From a virus, in IMG/VR virus record IMGVR_UViG_3300030503_000573, positions 9,084 to 73,083 of that record: 64,000 nucleotides of DNA. One strand, written 5' to 3'. Within the stretch, counting starts at the first letter, position 1; every line of letters begins with the position of its first letter. This document shows, one piece after another, positions 43,468-51,728 of this stretch. Made by a program: the position numbers and the translations under genes. The notes under the pieces are model-generated. The model was not told the origin of the DNA and did not search any database. It saw only the letters and a program-made list of their open reading frames with translations.

Positions 43468-45843
43468 GTGCCCCAGACCGACACCGCAGCCTCTGTTGCC
43501 TTCCTGCTCTGGGCGGCCCCCGAGGGGCCGTGGAACCTCACGGCCATCAGCCCAGAGACGCGGGACACCGAGACCCGCACATTCACGTCCACGGAGGACG
43601 CTGCGGCCTGGGTGTCGCAGGTCCAGTCGCGCGAGACGAAGTGTGGCAAGGGTTGGAACGTGTACTTCATGGTCAACCCGGCGCGGGCCCCGCTGCGCAA
43701 GAAGGCCTCCAAGGAGGATGTCGAGGCGCTGGCGTTCCTCCATGTCGACGTGGACCCGCCCAAGGGACAGCCCCTCGGGCCGGCGCGGGCGGCGATACTG
43801 GAGCGTCTGGAGGCGTTCGAGCCGCGCCCGAGCGCGGTCATAGACTCAGGCGGGGGCTACCAGGCCTTCTGGAGGCTGGATGACGCCCTCTACATAGGCG
43901 GGTCAGAGGTGCGCTGGGCCGAGGCCGAGGCGTACAACCAGCAGCTGGAGCTGGTGCTAGGCGGTGACCACTGCTGGAACATCGACCGCATCATGCGGCT
44001 GCCCGGCACCGTCAACGTGCCCGACGCCAAGAAGGCGGCGGCCGGTCGCGAGCCGGCCCTTGCCGCGGTCATCTGGGCCGAGGACACCGTCTACCCGCTC
44101 CACACGTTCATGCCGGCCCCGCGCGTCGCCGCCCAGGAGGGCGGCTCGGCCCCGGTCGGCACCGTCAAGCTGAGTGGCAACCTCAAGCCCGTTACCTTGG
44201 AGGAGCTGCCCGAGGGGGTCACCCCCCGCATGCGGGCGCTGATCCAGCACGGGTACGATCCCGACGACATAACCAAGTACGCCTCACGGTCGGAGGCCAC
44301 CTGGGCCATCTCGTGCTCGCTCGTGCGGGCCGGGTGCACAGACGACACCATCGCCTCGGTGCTGCTCGACCGCGAGTTCGGCATCTCGGCCCACTGCTTA
44401 GCCCAGAGGCGCTCGGTCGAGTACGCGGCCCGCCAGATCGCCCGGGCGCGGGAAGAGGTCGAGGAGCCCTGGCTGCGCAAGCTCAACGAGCGCCACGCGG
44501 TCATCGCCGACCTCGGCGGCAAGTGCCGCATCATTTCTGAGGTGAGCGACCCGGTGATGAGGCGGTCGCGGCTGTCCAAGCAGAGCTTCGAGGACTTCCG
44601 CAACCGCTACCTGAACCACTTCGTCCAGGTTGGGTCTGACGCCAAGGGCAAGCCCATCTTCAAGAGCGCCGGCACCTGGTGGCTAGCCCACCCGCTGAGG
44701 CGGCAGTTCGAGAGCCTCGTGTTCGCCCCCGGCACCGAGGTGGACGGCGCGTACAACCTGTGGCGCGGGTTCGCGTGCGAGGCCGTGCCCGGCCAGCACC
44801 ACGAGCCCTACCTGGAGCACCTGCACTCCAACATCTGCGGCGGCCGGGACGACCACTACGAGTACCTGCTGAGCTGGATGGCGCGGGTGGTGCAGAACCC
44901 GGCCGAGGCCGGCGAGATTTCGATTGTGCTGCGGGGCGGTATGGGGGCCGGCAAGGGCACGGCGGTTCAGGGCTTCGGCCGGCTCTTCGGCCGCCACTTC
45001 CTCCACATCAACTCGGCCCGCCACCTCGTCGGGCAGTTCAACGCCCACCTGAGGGACTGCGTGCTGCTGTTCGCTGACGAGGCCTTCTTCGCCGGCGACA
45101 AGCAGCACGAGAGCGTGCTCAAGACGATGATCACCGAGGACACCCTCGTGGTCGAGGGCAAGGGGGTGGACGCCGAGGTGGGCCCCAACTACATCCACCT
45201 GATGATGGCCTCCAACAAGGAGTGGGTGGTGCCGGCCGGGGCCGACGAGCGCCGCTTCTTCGTGGTCGACGTCGGCGAGGCCCAGAAGCAGAACGCCACC
45301 TACTTCGGGAAGATCGCCCGGGCGATGTCCAACGGCGGGGCCGAGAGCCTGCTCCACTTCCTGATGACCCGAGACCTATCGGGGTACGAGGTGCGGGCCG
45401 TGCCACAGACTGAGGCGCTGCGCGACCAGAAGCTGTACTCCCTCGGGCCGGAGGAGAGCTGGTGGCTTGAGCGTCTGATGGACGGCCGCATCACGGCCGC
45501 CTCGCGTGAGTGGCTGACGAGCGTCACCAAGGAGCGCCTACAGGGCGACTACGTGCGCCACTGCGAGCAGCTGAGGTCATTCCGCCGGGCGGCACCGACC
45601 GCCCTGGGCCGCTTCCTGAGCCGGGTGATGGGCGAGGGGTGGCCCAGGTCAGTGCAGCGGCTCACCGACGTCGAGAAGACGGGGCCTGACGGCCGCATCG
45701 AGGTGGTGCGGGAGCGCGTGTACTTTTACGACCTGCCGGACCTCGCCGCGTGCCGGGCGAGCTGGGAACGGCTGTACGGGCGGTTCGACTGGCCGGGGGA
45801 GGACGACCGGCCGGCGAGGGCCAATGAAGGAGCACCATTCTGA
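43468..45843 (+). CDS. Primase-helicase (RepB-like primase plus SF3/DUF5906 ATPase)
   Basis: HVDVD, DSGGGYQAFW, RIMRLPGTVN, RSEA; GGMGAGKG, FADEA, ASN, ERRFFV. Confidence 0.9.
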   Translation: MPQTDTAASVAFLLWAAPEGPWNLTAISPETRDTETRTFTSTEDAAAWVSQVQSRETKCGKGWNVYFMVNPARAPLRKKASKEDVEALAFLHVDVDPPKGQPLGPARAAILERLEAFEPRPSAVIDSGGGYQAFWRLDDALYIGGSEVRWAEAEAYNQQLELVLGGDHCWNIDRIMRLPGTVNVPDAKKAAAGREPALAAVIWAEDTVYPLHTFMPAPRVAAQEGGSAPVGTVKLSGNLKPVTLEELPEGVTPRMRALIQHGYDPDDITKYASRSEATWAISCSLVRAGCTDDTIASVLLDREFGISAHCLAQRRSVEYAARQIARAREEVEEPWLRKLNERHAVIADLGGKCRIISEVSDPVMRRSRLSKQSFEDFRNRYLNHFVQVGSDAKGKPIFKSAGTWWLAHPLRRQFESLVFAPGTEVDGAYNLWRGFACEAVPGQHHEPYLEHLHSNICGGRDDHYEYLLSWMARVVQNPAEAGEISIVLRGGMGAGKGTAVQGFGRLFGRHFLHINSARHLVGQFNAHLRDCVLLFADEAFFAGDKQHESVLKTMITEDTLVVEGKGVDAEVGPNYIHLMMASNKEWVVPAGADERRFFVVDVGEAQKQNATYFGKIARAMSNGGAESLLHFLMTRDLSGYEVRAVPQTEALRDQKLYSLGPEESWWLERLMDGRITAASREWLTSVTKERLQGDYVRHCEQLRSFRRAAPTALGRFLSRVMGEGWPRSVQRLTDVEKTGPDGRIEVVRERVYFYDLPDLAACRASWERLYGRFDWPGEDDRPARANEGAPF

Positions 45844-46094
45844 TGCGCGCAAAAGATGTCTACTTGAAGATGTACGAGCCCACAAGCTCGTACATAAAGC
45901 CCCGGCTCCCGCGCCTGTTTGTGAAGGTTGAGGGACCCCCTTACTGTGAGGACATCGAGATGGAGTACGCAGCTCCTGACGGCACGACCGAAGACGACCT
46001 CGTCAAGCTCGCCCAGATGCTTGCCCAGGGTCTCAGCGTTGGGCCACCAGAGCTGTGGCACGCGACGCACCCGCCGATCCGGCACGCAAGATGA
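45843..46094 (+). CDS. Hypothetical protein
   Basis: 83 aa, TGATG overlap. Confidence 0.45.
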   Translation: MRAKDVYLKMYEPTSSYIKPRLPRLFVKVEGPPYCEDIEMEYAAPDGTTEDDLVKLAQMLAQGLSVGPPELWHATHPPIRHAR

Positions 46095-46106
46095 ACAAAA
46101 GAACGC

Positions 46107-46171
46107 TTGACTTACCAACCGGCCACCACTAAGAGTGGAGTTGGGCGCGAGCTGTGCCTGATCATAAGGAG
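46107..46171 (+). promoter_or_regulatory. Promoter-hairpin-RBS cassette, copy 2
   Basis: TTGACT-17-TAAGAG, TTGGGCGCGAGCTGTGCCTGA hairpin, TCATAAGGAG. Confidence 0.75.
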
Positions 46172-46181
46172 ACCCGAGCAG

Positions 46182-46799
46182 ATGACCTTCACCCACGGCT
46201 TTGTTCGCCATCGTCGCCCGGCCCCGGTCCGGCGCGACCCCGCCGTGATCGCAGCTGAGAAGGCCGCCGCCGACGCCAAGGCGATGACCTGCCAAATCTG
46301 CGGCCGCCGCATCTTCGCCGAGGCCGGCGTGATCGCCCACCACGGCTACCAGCGCCCCTACGAGGGCGTCCAGACGGCGAGCTGCTACGGGGCCCGCAAG
46401 CTGCCGTTTGAGGTCACCTGCGACGACCTCCAGAAGGACTACGACCAGGCCCACGCTCAGCGCGACAAGGTCGCCGAGCACCGGGCCAAGGTCGCCGCGA
46501 GCAAGGCCCAGGTGGTTGTCCAGTGGGAAGACTACTGGTTGCCACGGCGCGACCGCCGGACTCACAGCGCCTTCATCACCCCTGAAACCTTCGAGGCGGT
46601 TCGCGACGCGAACGCCCAGGCCTTCCGCCGCAACAGCTGGAACACCTACGAGCGCGCCCAGCAGACGCACCTGGGCAAGCTCGATGCCAGCCTGAACCGC
46701 CTCGACGACTACCTCAGGTGGCAGCGGGGCCGGCTGCTGGCCTGGAAGGCCACGCACCGCGCCGGGACCGCTGGTGAAGCAACCTGGGTGGCGCTCTAG
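46182..46799 (+). CDS. Hypothetical early protein with CxxC/HHG Zn motif
   Basis: TCQICGR...IAHHGY...SCYG; ATG after ATAAGGAG. Confidence 0.65.
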   Translation: MTFTHGFVRHRRPAPVRRDPAVIAAEKAAADAKAMTCQICGRRIFAEAGVIAHHGYQRPYEGVQTASCYGARKLPFEVTCDDLQKDYDQAHAQRDKVAEHRAKVAASKAQVVVQWEDYWLPRRDRRTHSAFITPETFEAVRDANAQAFRRNSWNTYERAQQTHLGKLDASLNRLDDYLRWQRGRLLAWKATHRAGTAGEATWVAL

Positions 46800-46833
46800 C
46801 GCCACCCACCACAGCATAAGGAGACCACGCCAG

Positions 46834-47082
46834 ATGACCCCCGAAGCCGCAGCCCTCTACGAGCCGAAGCTCACCGCCTGGAACACCACCTTCGCCTGCC
46901 GCACCGTCTCGGCCCTCACCCACGGGGTGGAGGTCGCACGGCGCGCGAAGTGCTGGCTCCGCCGGGCTAACATCCTCGCCCAGGTGAGCCGCGACGGCGT
47001 CACCCGGCTGACGATGCTGGTGCCCGCCGCGATGAGCGACGACCAGGCCATCGAAGCATTCAAGAAGGCACTCGCCCAATGA
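46834..47082 (+). CDS. Hypothetical early protein
   Basis: CATAAGGAG RBS. Confidence 0.6.
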   Translation: MTPEAAALYEPKLTAWNTTFACRTVSALTHGVEVARRAKCWLRRANILAQVSRDGVTRLTMLVPAAMSDDQAIEAFKKALAQ

Positions 47083-47249
47083 CCCCCCGCCACTGGGCCT
47101 GGGCGCGACTCGCTGCCGTGGTGGCAGGTGTCGCCACCGGGTGCTGGCTAGGGGGCTCGCCCCTCGCGGCCAGCGCCGTCGTGCTGCTGGGCGTGCTCGC
47201 CCTCGTCGCCCTGGCCTGCGCGGCCTCAATCAGAAGGAACATGTACTGA
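47079..47249 (+). CDS. Small two-TM protein (56 aa, not in ORF track)
   Basis: MTPRHWAWARLAAVVAGVATG...VVLLGVLALVALAC; overlaps both neighbours. Confidence 0.5.
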   Translation: MTPRHWAWARLAAVVAGVATGCWLGGSPLAASAVVLLGVLALVALACAASIRRNMY

Positions 47250-48409
47250 TGACCCTCACCGCCACCACCCTCACCGAGGAGCAGCGCTCCATCATCGCCA
47301 AGGTAGAGAAGCTCATGCGGCTCGCCGGCAACAACCCCAACGAGGCCGAGAGCGCCTCGGCGACCGCCCGGGCCATGGAGCTGCTGGCGGCGTACAACCT
47401 GGACCTCGGCGTGGTCGAGCGCGAGGGCGGCGACGGGGGCCGGCGCGGCGAGGAGAAGCTGCTCGGCGGCTTCTACGACTACGAGCGCGACCTGTGGCAC
47501 CGGGTGGCAGACCTCAACTTCTGCCTCTACTGGAACCAGCACACCCGCGTGTGGAAGACGGCTAAGGCCGAGCGCGAGTACGAGCTGGGCATTGCCAACT
47601 GGCTGGCCGGCCTGAAGGCTGAGGACCCCGCGCGGCACGACCGCTACGTCAAGGAGGACGGCTCACTAACCAGCCTGGGCCAGAGAGCCGTGCCCTGGCG
47701 CCTCGACGCCCTCCGCCGCAACGGCAAGAAGCGCGTTCGCCAGCACCGGCTCGTCGGCCGCCAGGTCAACGTGGCCGCGACCCGGGCGATGATGATGTAC
47801 CTGTCGGGGGCCATCGAGCGCCTCACCCGCGAGCGGCTGGAGGCCCGCATCACCGGCAACATCGGCTACTGCGACAAGCAGCAGCTCAGCTACCAGCTGT
47901 TCTCCCGCTGGGCCACCTCGTACCGCGAGGGCATCGCAGCCCGCATCGGCGAGAAGCTCTGGGACCGCCGGCAGGCCCAGATCAAGGAGGAGGCGAAGGC
48001 GGCTGAGGAGGCCCGCCGCCGGGCCCAGGAAGCCGGCATGAAGGGGGCGTCCACCGAGACCGGGGTGACGCTGTTCACGCTGCGCCAGAGCGAGCGGGAC
48101 GCCAACTTCGACGCGCTGTACGGCGAGGGGTGGAGCGCGAAGCGAGCCGCCGAGGCCGCCGCCCGCGCAGCCGCAGACGCGGCGGCCGAGGCCGAGTACA
48201 CCGCGTGGGCCGCCGCCCACCCCGAGGAGGCCCGCAAGAAGGAGGCCGAGCGCGAGAAGGAGGCCCGCAAGCGGTCGGCCCGCTCTTTCCGGGGCGGCAG
48301 CTCGGAGAAGGAGCGCGACTGGGGTGCCTACCGCGCCGGGTATGCGCGCGGCGAGGAGATCGGCCTCGACCAGCAGGCCGGGTCGACCAAGGTGGCGGGG
48401 GTGCTGTGA
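47249..48409 (+). CDS. DUF2786-domain protein
   Basis: IIAKVEKLMRLA..NPNEAESASATARAMELLAAYNL; C-terminal AYRAGYARG. Confidence 0.8.
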   Translation: MTLTATTLTEEQRSIIAKVEKLMRLAGNNPNEAESASATARAMELLAAYNLDLGVVEREGGDGGRRGEEKLLGGFYDYERDLWHRVADLNFCLYWNQHTRVWKTAKAEREYELGIANWLAGLKAEDPARHDRYVKEDGSLTSLGQRAVPWRLDALRRNGKKRVRQHRLVGRQVNVAATRAMMMYLSGAIERLTRERLEARITGNIGYCDKQQLSYQLFSRWATSYREGIAARIGEKLWDRRQAQIKEEAKAAEEARRRAQEAGMKGASTETGVTLFTLRQSERDANFDALYGEGWSAKRAAEAAARAAADAAAEAEYTAWAAAHPEEARKKEAEREKEARKRSARSFRGGSSEKERDWGAYRAGYARGEEIGLDQQAGSTKVAGVL

Positions 48410-49335
48410 TGGCCGACCACGGCACATACCGCGCCTACGTCGAGCGCCGGTTCCGGCAGTCCACGCTCGACCTCATCGGCAAGATCAACGAGGTGATCGC
48501 CGAGTACGAGCCCCAGGGCTTCTCGCTAACGGTGCGCCAGATGCACTACCAGTTCGTGAGCCGGGGCTGGCTGCCCAACAGCGACAAGACGTACAAGAGC
48601 ATCCAGGGGGCCATCTCTGATGGCCGGCTCGCGGGCCTCATCAGCTGGACGGCCATCGAGGACCGGGGCCGCAACCTGATGGGCCTCAACCACGTCTCGG
48701 GCCCAGGCGAGGCGGTCGCCCAGGCGGCCCGCAACTTCCGCCTGGACCTGTGGAGCGACCAGGAGTGGCGGCCCGAGGTGTGGGTGGAGAAGCAGGCGCT
48801 GGAGGGCGTCATCGGCTCGATCTGCAACGAGCTGCGCGTGGACTTCTACGCGTGCAAGGGCTACAACTCACAAAGCATGCAGTGGGAGGCCGGCCAGCGC
48901 TTCGCGACCCGGGTGCACCGGGGGCAGCGCCCCATCGTGTTCCACCTGGGCGACCACGACCCGTCCGGCCTCGACATGACGCGCGACAACCGCGAGCGGC
49001 TGGCGCTGTTCGCCGGGGTGCCGGTGTACGTCCAGAGGCTGGCGCTGAACCTAGACCAGATTGACCGCTACGACCCGCCGCCGAACTACGCCAAGACGAC
49101 CGACAGCCGAATCGAGGACTACAAGGCGATGATGGACGCGGCCGGCCGGGACCACACCGAGAGCTGGGAACTCGACGCCCTCGACCCCCGCACCATCCGC
49201 AACCTGATCAAGGACGCCGTCGGCCGCCTGCGCGACGAGGCGAAGTGGGAGGCCCGGCTGGCGCAGGAGGTTGCCGACCGCGAGGCGCTGGAGGACGTGA
49301 TTGACATGATGGGCGGCGGAGGTGGTGATGGCTGA
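48409..49335 (+). CDS. TopoVI-A/Spo11-like (Mini-A-like) winged-helix plus TOPRIM protein
   Basis: LTVRQMHYQFV (candidate catalytic Tyr), EVWVEK, HLGDHDPSG, WELDAL. Confidence 0.75.
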   Translation: MADHGTYRAYVERRFRQSTLDLIGKINEVIAEYEPQGFSLTVRQMHYQFVSRGWLPNSDKTYKSIQGAISDGRLAGLISWTAIEDRGRNLMGLNHVSGPGEAVAQAARNFRLDLWSDQEWRPEVWVEKQALEGVIGSICNELRVDFYACKGYNSQSMQWEAGQRFATRVHRGQRPIVFHLGDHDPSGLDMTRDNRERLALFAGVPVYVQRLALNLDQIDRYDPPPNYAKTTDSRIEDYKAMMDAAGRDHTESWELDALDPRTIRNLIKDAVGRLRDEAKWEARLAQEVADREALEDVIDMMGGGGGDG

Positions 49336-49570
49336 CCGCATCCCGGTCCGCCGCGTCGGCCTCAAGTACGACCCGGCCGGGGCTCCGCACGTCCACGCCG
49401 AGGCCGAGGGCCCAGACGGCGAGACCTACCTGTGGGAGCTGCGCGAGCCGCCCGGGGCGCATCCGGAGCTGATCAGGCGGGCGTTCCACGCCGCGTGCCA
49501 GGCCGGCTCGATAGACCCAGAGCGGTGGGTTCGGCGCGAGCGGGTGGCTTCAGGCCAAAACAGCGCTTGA
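49328..49570 (+). CDS. Hypothetical protein
   Basis: About 80 aa, GGAGG RBS. Confidence 0.5.
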   Translation: MADRIPVRRVGLKYDPAGAPHVHAEAEGPDGETYLWELREPPGAHPELIRRAFHAACQAGSIDPERWVRRERVASGQNSA

Positions 49571-49631
49571 CTTACCCACTGAGAGCCACTAGCTAGGGGG
49601 TGGGCGCGAGCTGTGCTCACATCATAAGGAG
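49567..49631 (+). promoter_or_regulatory. Promoter-hairpin-RBS cassette, copy 3
   Basis: TTGACT-17-TAGCTA, GTGGGCGCGAGCTGTGCTCAC hairpin, ATCATAAGGAG. Confidence 0.75.
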
Positions 49632-49640
49632 AACCCGAGA

Positions 49641-51152
49641 ATGACCCCGACAGCCCAGCAGGCCACCTACGTCGAGGCGCTCCTGACGACCTCGAACCAC
49701 ACCGCCCTCATCGCCCGCGCCGGCTGCGGCAAGACCTCGACAATCCTGCTGGGCGTCCAGGCCATTCTGAAGGCCACGCCCCGCGCGGAGATCGTCGTCG
49801 CCGCCTACAACAAGGCCATCGCCGACGAGGTCGGTGAGAAGCTCAAGGTGATGGGCCTGACCGACTGGCGCCAGGTCCAGGCGTCCACGATGCACTCGCT
49901 GGGCTTCGGCCTGCTGCGGTTCGCCTTCAAGCCTACCATCGACGACAAGAAGGTGCGCAAGCTGGTGGACCAGCGCAACGATGACATCTCGGCCCAGTAC
50001 TCCACGCAGATCATCTCGCTGGTGGGCTACGCCAAGCAGGCCGGCGTCGGCTTCTTCCCGGACAGCCCCATCGGCAACGTCCAGGTCTGGCACGACCTCG
50101 CCGATCACTTCGACGTCAACGGGCTCGACGACACGAGCGAGGCCGACGCGGTGGTGGAGGCGGCCCAGGCGGTCTACCGCGCCTCGCTGGCCCAGACCGA
50201 CATCATCGACTTCGACGACATGATCCTGTTCCCGCTGATCAAGAACATGCGCGTCCGCTTCGGCAAGGACCACATCTTCCTCGACGAGGCGCAGGACGCC
50301 TCCCGCGTGCGCCAGGCGCTCGCCCGCAAGTTCCTCAAGCCCGGCGGCCGGCTCCACGTCGTCGGCGACGACCGCCAGGCGATCTACGGCTTCTCAGGAG
50401 CCGACGCCGCCGCGCTCGACAACCTGGTGCGCGAGATGGGCTGCGCGGTCTACCCGCTGAACGTCACGTGGCGCTGCCCCAAGGCCGTGGTGGCCCTGGC
50501 CCAGACCATCGTGCCGGACATCGAGGCAGCCCCGAGCGCGCCGGAGGGAGAGGTGTCCAGCGTGAGCGGGAAGGAGGCAATTGACGCCCTCGTCGCCGGC
50601 CTCGGCCCGACCGACGCCGTGCTGTGCCGCAACACCGCGCCCCTCATCGAGCTGGCCTTCCGCCTGATCCGCCAGGGGAAGCCTTGCAAGGTCGAAGGTC
50701 GGGCCATAGGCGACGGCCTCATCAACCTGGCCCAGCGGTGGAAGGTCAAGACCATCGACGCCTTCCTGGGCCGCCTGGAGGCATACCAGGACCGCGAGAT
50801 GCAGAAGGCGCTAGCGAAGGGGAGCGAGGCCAAGGCTCAGGAGGTCGAGGACCGCTGTGAGACCCTGCGCACCATTGCCCAGGCCTGTGTTTCAGCCAAC
50901 AAGACTCAGGTGAGCGACATCGTCGCCTACATCAACGAACTCTTTGCCGACGGCGCGACGGGCGTGACGGTGCTGGCCACGGCGCACCGCTCAAAGGGTC
51001 GCGAGTGGCCCCGGGTGGTGCTGTGGGGCAACAACAGGTACGCCCCGAGCCGGGCTGCCAAGCAGGCCTGGCAGCAGTCTCAGGAGCAGAATCTCATCTA
51101 CGTGATGTTCACGAGGGCGCAGAGGGAGCTGGTCTTTGTTGACCTTCCCTAG
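49641..51152 (+). CDS. UvrD/Rep-like SF1A helicase
   Basis: ARAGCGKT, DEAQD, VGDDRQAIYGF, TWRCP, TAHRSKGREW, YVMFTRA. Confidence 0.92.
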   Translation: MTPTAQQATYVEALLTTSNHTALIARAGCGKTSTILLGVQAILKATPRAEIVVAAYNKAIADEVGEKLKVMGLTDWRQVQASTMHSLGFGLLRFAFKPTIDDKKVRKLVDQRNDDISAQYSTQIISLVGYAKQAGVGFFPDSPIGNVQVWHDLADHFDVNGLDDTSEADAVVEAAQAVYRASLAQTDIIDFDDMILFPLIKNMRVRFGKDHIFLDEAQDASRVRQALARKFLKPGGRLHVVGDDRQAIYGFSGADAAALDNLVREMGCAVYPLNVTWRCPKAVVALAQTIVPDIEAAPSAPEGEVSSVSGKEAIDALVAGLGPTDAVLCRNTAPLIELAFRLIRQGKPCKVEGRAIGDGLINLAQRWKVKTIDAFLGRLEAYQDREMQKALAKGSEAKAQEVEDRCETLRTIAQACVSANKTQVSDIVAYINELFADGATGVTVLATAHRSKGREWPRVVLWGNNRYAPSRAAKQAWQQSQEQNLIYVMFTRAQRELVFVDLP

Positions 51153-51711
51153 GCCCTTTGAGGCCCTCCCTTCTGGCTGCGTCGCCTGCTTCAAGATGCT
51201 GCCGCGAGGGGAGCGCGTTGCCGAGCCGCCGGCGCTCAACTTCGAGAAGTTCGACCTCACCTACGAAGGCGAGCGCTGGCGCGCGAGTCGGCTGTCGTTC
51301 TACCTCAACAAACACCCCATTCCGCGCGCCCCGCCCCGGGGCGGGGACCAGTTCGTGCTCCACACCTGCGACAACGACTGGTGCATCAACCACGACCACC
51401 TGTACCTCGGAACGATACAGCAGAACACCAAGGACAAGTTCGAGCGCCACCCGACCATCAGGCAGATTCTCTCCAAGAGCGCCAGCTGGAAGGGTCGCTC
51501 AGAAGAGTCCAAGGCGGCGTCTCTGAGCGGCCTGTACGGCCAGCCCGGGAAGCCTTCCTACGAGAGGTCTCAGGAGAGCCGGGCGCGCTCGGCCAACTCC
51601 AAGCGAAGAGACTGGAACAGCCTCACCCCTGAGAAGCGAGCCGAGCGCGGCCGGAAGATCGCTGAGGGTATACGAAGGGCCCGCGCCAGATACGTCGACG
51701 AACCCACTTAA
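51136..51711 (+). CDS. HNH endonuclease
   Basis: VLHTCDNDWCINHDHLYLGTIQQNTKD; basic C-terminal tail. Confidence 0.8.
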   Translation: MLTFPRPFEALPSGCVACFKMLPRGERVAEPPALNFEKFDLTYEGERWRASRLSFYLNKHPIPRAPPRGGDQFVLHTCDNDWCINHDHLYLGTIQQNTKDKFERHPTIRQILSKSASWKGRSEESKAASLSGLYGQPGKPSYERSQESRARSANSKRRDWNSLTPEKRAERGRKIAEGIRRARARYVDEPT

Positions 51712-51728
51712 CAGAAGGAACCAACGCA

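Noticed and set aside
46107-46181. ORF-track upstream starts at 46107, 27404, 27495, 47141 and 48130
   Set aside because: These extensions run through promoters or other genes; RBS-supported starts are 46182, 27446, 27804, 47249 and 48409.
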